A stretch of DNA of 64,000 nt from Candidatus Pacebacteria bacterium GW2011_GWA1_46_10 (GTDB lineage: Bacteria > Patescibacteriota > Microgenomatia > UBA1400 > PJMF01). The first letter of the stretch is position 1, and every line of letters starts with the position of its first letter. A program made the translations under genes and the position numbers. Shown here piece by piece: positions 59,448 to 64,000 of the stretch. The notes below the pieces were generated by a model. The model saw only the letters and a list, made by a program, of their open reading frames with translations. It did not search any database and was not told the DNA's origin. The DNA is taken from NCBI GenBank assembly GCA_001002135.1, contig LCLP01000001.1, forward strand, positions 361,114 to 425,113, in the 5' to 3' direction.

Positions 59448-60571
59448 ACACGCTGTTGATTACCGTCATAGTCTGGCGGTTAGCTTTGCTGGGGTTGGGC
59501 GCAGTGGGTGATCACTTTTTGCCGTATAACCCTTCTTTTCCTTACGCGCGAGAGTTGTTAGCGAAGCTGAACCTACCTCGTTGGCTCTATTCCTGGGGAA
59601 GTTTTGATGGTGTGCACTACCTAGGGATTGCCCAAAACGGTTATACAAACACGGCGTTTATTCAAGCTTTTTTTCCGGTTTTTCCCTTGCTGTTGCGAGT
59701 CTTTGCCAATCCTTTACTCTCAGGTTTGGTGCTCAATGTACTGCTCATTGTATGCTTGGCGTTAGTGTGGCATCAGTTAGTACTGCTGGATCAGACCCAA
59801 AAACAAGCTCGATGGTCGCTCCTGGCGCTGTTGCTGTTTCCGACCAGTTTCTTTTTTGGGGCACTCTATACTGAAACCTTGTTTTTACTACTCGTTATCG
59901 GCTCACTGCTGATGGCTCGTCGTAAACAGTGGCAGTGGGCCGGCAGTTTGGCCGCCGTCGCTTCAGGCACCCGTATTATTGGTATTTTTCTCTTACCAAC
60001 ATTACTGGTTGAGCTTTGGTGGCAGCGCAGGCCAAGCTCGGTTCAGCAGTTTTTGACCAAAAATACGCGCGAGTTCAAGTATATTGCTTTGTCGCTCTTG
60101 GGTTTGGCAGTGTATATGTTTTATCTCTGGCTCACCTTTGCTGATCCACTCTATTTTCTGCACGTGCAGAGTGAATTTGGCAGTGGCAGGCAGGAGTCAC
60201 TGATACTTTTTCCGCAAGTAATCTGGCGGTATGTGAAGATTCTCTGGACGGCACGGCCTTTTGATTGGAAATATTTTGCCTATGCGCAAGAGTTTATTTT
60301 GTCGCTAGGGGTGTTGAGCGGACTTTTGATCTGGTTTAAAAAAATTCGTCCTTCATATCTGATATTTTCACTGTTGGCGTTTTTCTTGCCGACGGTAACA
60401 GGTACCCTGACCAGTATGCCACGCTATGTGCTGATGTGTTTTCCGATTTTTCTTTTACTTGGCGAGCTTTTCGCCAAGAAACCGCTGTGGCGCGCTTTTC
60501 TCCTGACAGCCTCCGTAATTTTGCTTATAATCAACACCGTCCTGTTTATTCAGGGATATTGGGTAGCGTAA
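59423..60571 (+). CDS. GT-C mannosyltransferase (PIG-V/GPI-MT2-like)
   Basis: W..FDG.HYL.IA..GY, AFFP.FP, YTE.LF, TR..G and S..RY motifs. Confidence 0.8.
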   Translation: MARKTSLLNTLLITVIVWRLALLGLGAVGDHFLPYNPSFPYARELLAKLNLPRWLYSWGSFDGVHYLGIAQNGYTNTAFIQAFFPVFPLLLRVFANPLLSGLVLNVLLIVCLALVWHQLVLLDQTQKQARWSLLALLLFPTSFFFGALYTETLFLLLVIGSLLMARRKQWQWAGSLAAVASGTRIIGIFLLPTLLVELWWQRRPSSVQQFLTKNTREFKYIALSLLGLAVYMFYLWLTFADPLYFLHVQSEFGSGRQESLILFPQVIWRYVKILWTARPFDWKYFAYAQEFILSLGVLSGLLIWFKKIRPSYLIFSLLAFFLPTVTGTLTSMPRYVLMCFPIFLLLGELFAKKPLWRAFLLTASVILLIINTVLFIQGYWVA

Positions 60572-60575
60572 AAAT

Positions 60576-61496
60576 ATGAAAATTCTCGTCACTGGCGGTG
60601 CTGGCTTTATTGGTTCTCATGTGGCCGATGCGTACATCAAACTTGGTCATGAAGTGGTTATAGTGGACAATCTTTCCACCGGCAAGAAAGAGTTTGTCAA
60701 TCCGAAAGCAGAATTTGTTGAAGCCGACATTGCCGACCGAGAAACAATTCAAAGTATTGTCAGCGTGCAGCGACCGGAAGTGATTAATCATCACGCCGCG
60801 CATATTCAAGTGGGCCACTCGGTGGAAGATCCCCAGTTTGATGCTACAGCCAATATTTTGGGCACTTTGAACATCATGGAAGTTGCCCGGCAAATCCCGG
60901 TTAAAAAAGTCATTTTCGCTGCGACCGGGGGAGCGATGTATGGCAATAAGCCCACCCCATTTGATGAGTCGATGAAAGAGGAGCCACTCTCACCCTATGG
61001 TATTTCCAAGCGGGCGGCTGAACTCTATTTCAATTATTACTACGAATTGTACAAAATTCCCTATGTTTCCCTGCGTTACTCCAATGTTTATGGCCCGCGC
61101 CAAAATCCGCATGGGGAGTCGGGAGTAGTGGCTATTTTCGCTGAGGCAATTATGGCAGGGAAGACGCCCGTGATTAATGGTGATGGCACTCACACTAGAG
61201 ATTATGTCTATGTCAGTGACGTAGTGGGGGCTAACGTGCTGGCACTAACCACTGATTTTGTCGGCGAACTGAATATTGGTACCAAAACAGAAATTAGTAC
61301 GAATGAAGTGTTTGATAAAGTGACCACGGAGTTTGGCAAACACCTGGAGCGCCAATACGGCTCTCCCCGCCCGGGGGAGCAGGTAACCAGCTCTTTGGAT
61401 TACTCAAAGGCCAAGCAGAAACTTGGTTGGGAACCAAAAGTTACTTTTGATGAAGGGGTACAACTGGTTGCTAATTGGTATAAAAATCGGCGTTGA
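60576..61496 (+). CDS. NAD-dependent sugar epimerase (UDP-glucose 4-epimerase-like)
   Basis: TGGAGFIGSH, SPYGISK, LRY.NVYGPRQ and RDYVYV.D motifs. Confidence 0.88.
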   Translation: MKILVTGGAGFIGSHVADAYIKLGHEVVIVDNLSTGKKEFVNPKAEFVEADIADRETIQSIVSVQRPEVINHHAAHIQVGHSVEDPQFDATANILGTLNIMEVARQIPVKKVIFAATGGAMYGNKPTPFDESMKEEPLSPYGISKRAAELYFNYYYELYKIPYVSLRYSNVYGPRQNPHGESGVVAIFAEAIMAGKTPVINGDGTHTRDYVYVSDVVGANVLALTTDFVGELNIGTKTEISTNEVFDKVTTEFGKHLERQYGSPRPGEQVTSSLDYSKAKQKLGWEPKVTFDEGVQLVANWYKNRR

Positions 61497-61523
61497 CCGA
61501 TTAATCCCGTATAATAGCCACTT

Positions 61524-62207
61524 ATGGCGGCCAAATCCATACTTTTCTCTAAGACCTGGATTGTCATTCCTGGTTTTAACGAAGCCAAGTATTTAGCCAC
61601 TGTCCTCAAGAAAACCCTCAAGCAAACGCCGCGGATTATTTATGTCGATGATGGTTCGCATGATCACTCGGCTCAAATCGCTCAAAAATATCTTGAACAC
61701 GTCATCATCCACGAAGTCAATCTTGGGAAAGGCGCGGCGCTCAAGACTGGCTGCGACTATGCTTTTAACTTCCTCAAGGCTCAAGCAGTCATTCTAATGG
61801 ACGCGGACGACCAGCATAATCCAGCCGAGATTCCACTGTTTGTCCAACAACTCAGGAAAGGCAGTCAAGTAGTATTGGGTGCCCGGTCGCTGTTTTCCAA
61901 AATGCCCTTAGTCCGTAAAATCGGTAATGCTTTCACCTCGGCGGTGATGCTAATCTTGTTTTGGCGTTATATTCCGGATATTTTGTCCGGCTATAAGGCT
62001 TTTACGAGGCGCGCGTACCGCAAACTTTACTGGGAGGCGACCGACTACAGTGTGGAACTGGAGATCGCTGCCAAAATCGCCATGAATCGGTTACAATTCT
62101 CCTTAGTGAGCATCAAAACGATTTATCACGATCTGGATCGAGGGATGAGTATTATTGATGCGATCAAAGTAGCACTAAAAATCGTGAGTCTCAGATTGGG
62201 ATTATGA
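61524..62207 (+). CDS. GT2 DPM/DPG-synthase-like polyprenyl-phosphate glycosyltransferase
   Basis: IP.FNE, DDGS.D, NLGKGAAL, MDADDQH and D..SGYK motifs. Confidence 0.85.
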   Translation: MAAKSILFSKTWIVIPGFNEAKYLATVLKKTLKQTPRIIYVDDGSHDHSAQIAQKYLEHVIIHEVNLGKGAALKTGCDYAFNFLKAQAVILMDADDQHNPAEIPLFVQQLRKGSQVVLGARSLFSKMPLVRKIGNAFTSAVMLILFWRYIPDILSGYKAFTRRAYRKLYWEATDYSVELEIAAKIAMNRLQFSLVSIKTIYHDLDRGMSIIDAIKVALKIVSLRLGL

Positions 62208-62536
62208 GTATTTTTCAAATCATTGCCGTTTTTTTTGCGCTGCTGATGCTCTATATCACTCGCGTGCACACCTTGCGTCAGCGTTTCTCCATGACCGAAA
62301 CCTTTTTTTGGTACTCGTTGTGGTTAGTGTTCATAGTGGTGGCGGTTTTCCCGGATTTACTGCGCGGCATCAGTGACTTATTGCACTTCTCCCGCGTGTT
62401 TGACTTGTTGGTGGTAGGAGCGTTAATGGTGTTAACGGTGGTGGTGGTGCTTAATTATTTCCAGCAGCGAGCCAATGGTCGTAAGTGGGAAGAATTTATT
62501 CGTCAGCGCGCGATCGACCACACCAAAAAGAAGTAA
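62204..62536 (+). CDS. DUF2304-like small membrane protein (GT2 partner)
   Basis: Three TMs, W..LW, FP and R..D motifs; coupled to the DPM-like GT2. Confidence 0.75.
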   Translation: MSIFQIIAVFFALLMLYITRVHTLRQRFSMTETFFWYSLWLVFIVVAVFPDLLRGISDLLHFSRVFDLLVVGALMVLTVVVVLNYFQQRANGRKWEEFIRQRAIDHTKKK

Positions 62537-62540
62537 AGAG

Positions 62541-63344
62541 ATGGATTTTTTTATTGTCACGCCGTCTTTTAACCAACGGCGCTTTCTTCAGCAAACGATT
62601 GACAGTGTGTTGCGTCAAAAGGGCGATTTTACAGTAACCTATTGGGTCTTTGATGGCGGTTCGACCGATGATAGTCAAACTCTTTTAAAAAAATACAACA
62701 GGCGTTTGCGGTGGCAATCAAAAAAAGACAAGGGCCAAACAGCTGCCATTAACAAAGGTATCAAACAACTGAGGGTTTGGCTCAAAAAAACGAAAAAAAA
62801 TCCTGACGAAGTGATTTTTGCGTACCTTAATTCCGATGATTATTATTTGCCGGGTGTTTTTCAATTGGTCGCCAAGCTTTTTGCCCGCACCCACCAAACT
62901 TGGCTGGTTGGCGATTGTCTGATTGTCAATGAGCGCGGCCGAGTGATCCAATCGTGGGTGAGAAAATACAAGCAATTTTGGCGTTTTTGGCTCTCACCGT
63001 CACTGTTGGGCGTTTTAAACCCTATTCCTCAGCCTGGTGTTTTCATCAAAGCCTCCCAAATGCTTAAAATCGGCTTGTTTGATGAGAGCTTGAGGTATGT
63101 GATGGATTATGATTATTGGTTTCGGTTGTTCGCGCAGAGTGGCCGGCCAATAATCACCTCACGGGCTTTAGCGGCTTTTCGTATTCACTCGCAGTCAAAA
63201 GGCGGTAGTCAGTTTCGCCGTCAGTTTGCGGAACAACAGCAAGTGGCAAAAAAGTATCTAGCTAACTCTTTTTTATTAGGACTACAAGTCATTCATAATA
63301 TGCTCATAAACTTTTTATATCAAATGATGAAGACAAATTTATAA
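62541..63344 (+). CDS. GT2 glycosyltransferase (WfgS-like)
   Basis: TPSFNQ, DGGSTD, D.GQ..AINKG, LNSDD and MDYDYW motifs. Confidence 0.88.
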   Translation: MDFFIVTPSFNQRRFLQQTIDSVLRQKGDFTVTYWVFDGGSTDDSQTLLKKYNRRLRWQSKKDKGQTAAINKGIKQLRVWLKKTKKNPDEVIFAYLNSDDYYLPGVFQLVAKLFARTHQTWLVGDCLIVNERGRVIQSWVRKYKQFWRFWLSPSLLGVLNPIPQPGVFIKASQMLKIGLFDESLRYVMDYDYWFRLFAQSGRPIITSRALAAFRIHSQSKGGSQFRRQFAEQQQVAKKYLANSFLLGLQVIHNMLINFLYQMMKTNL

Positions 63345-63396
63345 TGCGAAGCATTGTAGGCACGTATAATGAGGTGATTTGATAGTGAGTAAAACA

Positions 63397-64000
63397 ATGA
63401 TCACTTTTTTTAAAAAATTTTTTCTGAGTCCAGTCATATGGATTTTGCTGGCGTCAGTGTTGTTTATGTCGCCGATGTTGTTATACCCAACCTTTAATTA
63501 TATTGATGATGGACAAACTTTACTGACCGGCAAAACTTTATTAGCGACAAATGATTGGTCGATTTGGCAGAAAAGTTTGTTTGAGTATGAAAACGGCCGT
63601 TTACGGCCAGCGTATCAATTGTACTTGCTGTTGATGTACCTTTTATTTGATGTTCGTCCGCTGGGGTATTGGTTGTCTCAGACTTTAGTCTTGGCTCTGA
63701 CTTTACTTGGTTTGCGGGCGCTGATTAAGCAACTTACCCAAGCAAAGGAGTGGGTGATTGGTCTTGCTTTGACCATATTTTTACTCTTGCCCGCGACCAT
63801 TGAAAATCTCTACCGGTTGGGTACAGCGGAGCCTCGCCAAACTCTCTTTCTGGTTTGGTTTTTGGTTTGGTTGAGTAAACTCAACCTGAAGCGCTTTAAC
63901 TGGCAAAGTCTAGCGCTGGGGAATATTCTTTTACTCTTGGCTTTGGCGACCAAGGAAACTTCTGTTTTGGTCTGGCCGATGATCGCGATTTTTTTTGTTT
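63397..64000 (+). CDS. GT-C-like membrane protein, 3'-truncated by the window edge
   Basis: MITFFKK...NYIDDG...GRLRP; hydrophobic segments; open to the window end. Confidence 0.7.
   Translation, partial: MITFFKKFFLSPVIWILLASVLFMSPMLLYPTFNYIDDGQTLLTGKTLLATNDWSIWQKSLFEYENGRLRPAYQLYLLLMYLLFDVRPLGYWLSQTLVLALTLLGLRALIKQLTQAKEWVIGLALTIFLLLPATIENLYRLGTAEPRQTLFLVWFLVWLSKLNLKRFNWQSLALGNILLLLALATKETSVLVWPMIAIFFV

Noticed and set aside
1-64000. Genome-wide UGA recoding (code 25 or code 4)
   Set aside because: TGA ends many full-length genes (e.g. secD, prmC, trmD), often in ATGA overlaps; only one internal TGA was seen.

Overview
Gene-dense bacterial chromosome segment using translation table 11. Gene content (DUF3048, wHTH-NTase regulator, split secD/secF, membrane-anchored DsbA/Trx, many GT-C glycosyltransferases) suggests a Patescibacteria/CPR, probably Microgenomates-like, genome; this is an inference. 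1-14.7 kb holds housekeeping and envelope genes (frr, rseP, secDF, cca, recJ, dsbA, prmC, a PD-(D/E)XK nuclease). 14.7-17.6 kb is an accessory islet next to tRNA-Gln(CUG). It carries a voltage-sensor-domain/MscS fusion split by one in-frame TGA. 17.6-19 kb is a convergent response regulator plus a sensor-less histidine kinase with an 11-bp tandem operator. 19-64 kb is a ~45 kb surface-glycosylation locus: about 15 GT-C membrane glycosyltransferases, GT2/GT4 enzymes, Wzx, LCP, gmd/rmd, ugd, rmlB/rmlD and a galE-like gene, with trmD, surE and argS interspersed. Many genes have a -10 box only 5-9 nt before the start codon, pointing to widespread leaderless mRNAs. Two small membrane-protein ORFs missing from the ORF track were also found. 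All calls come from reading motifs by eye; no database searches were run.
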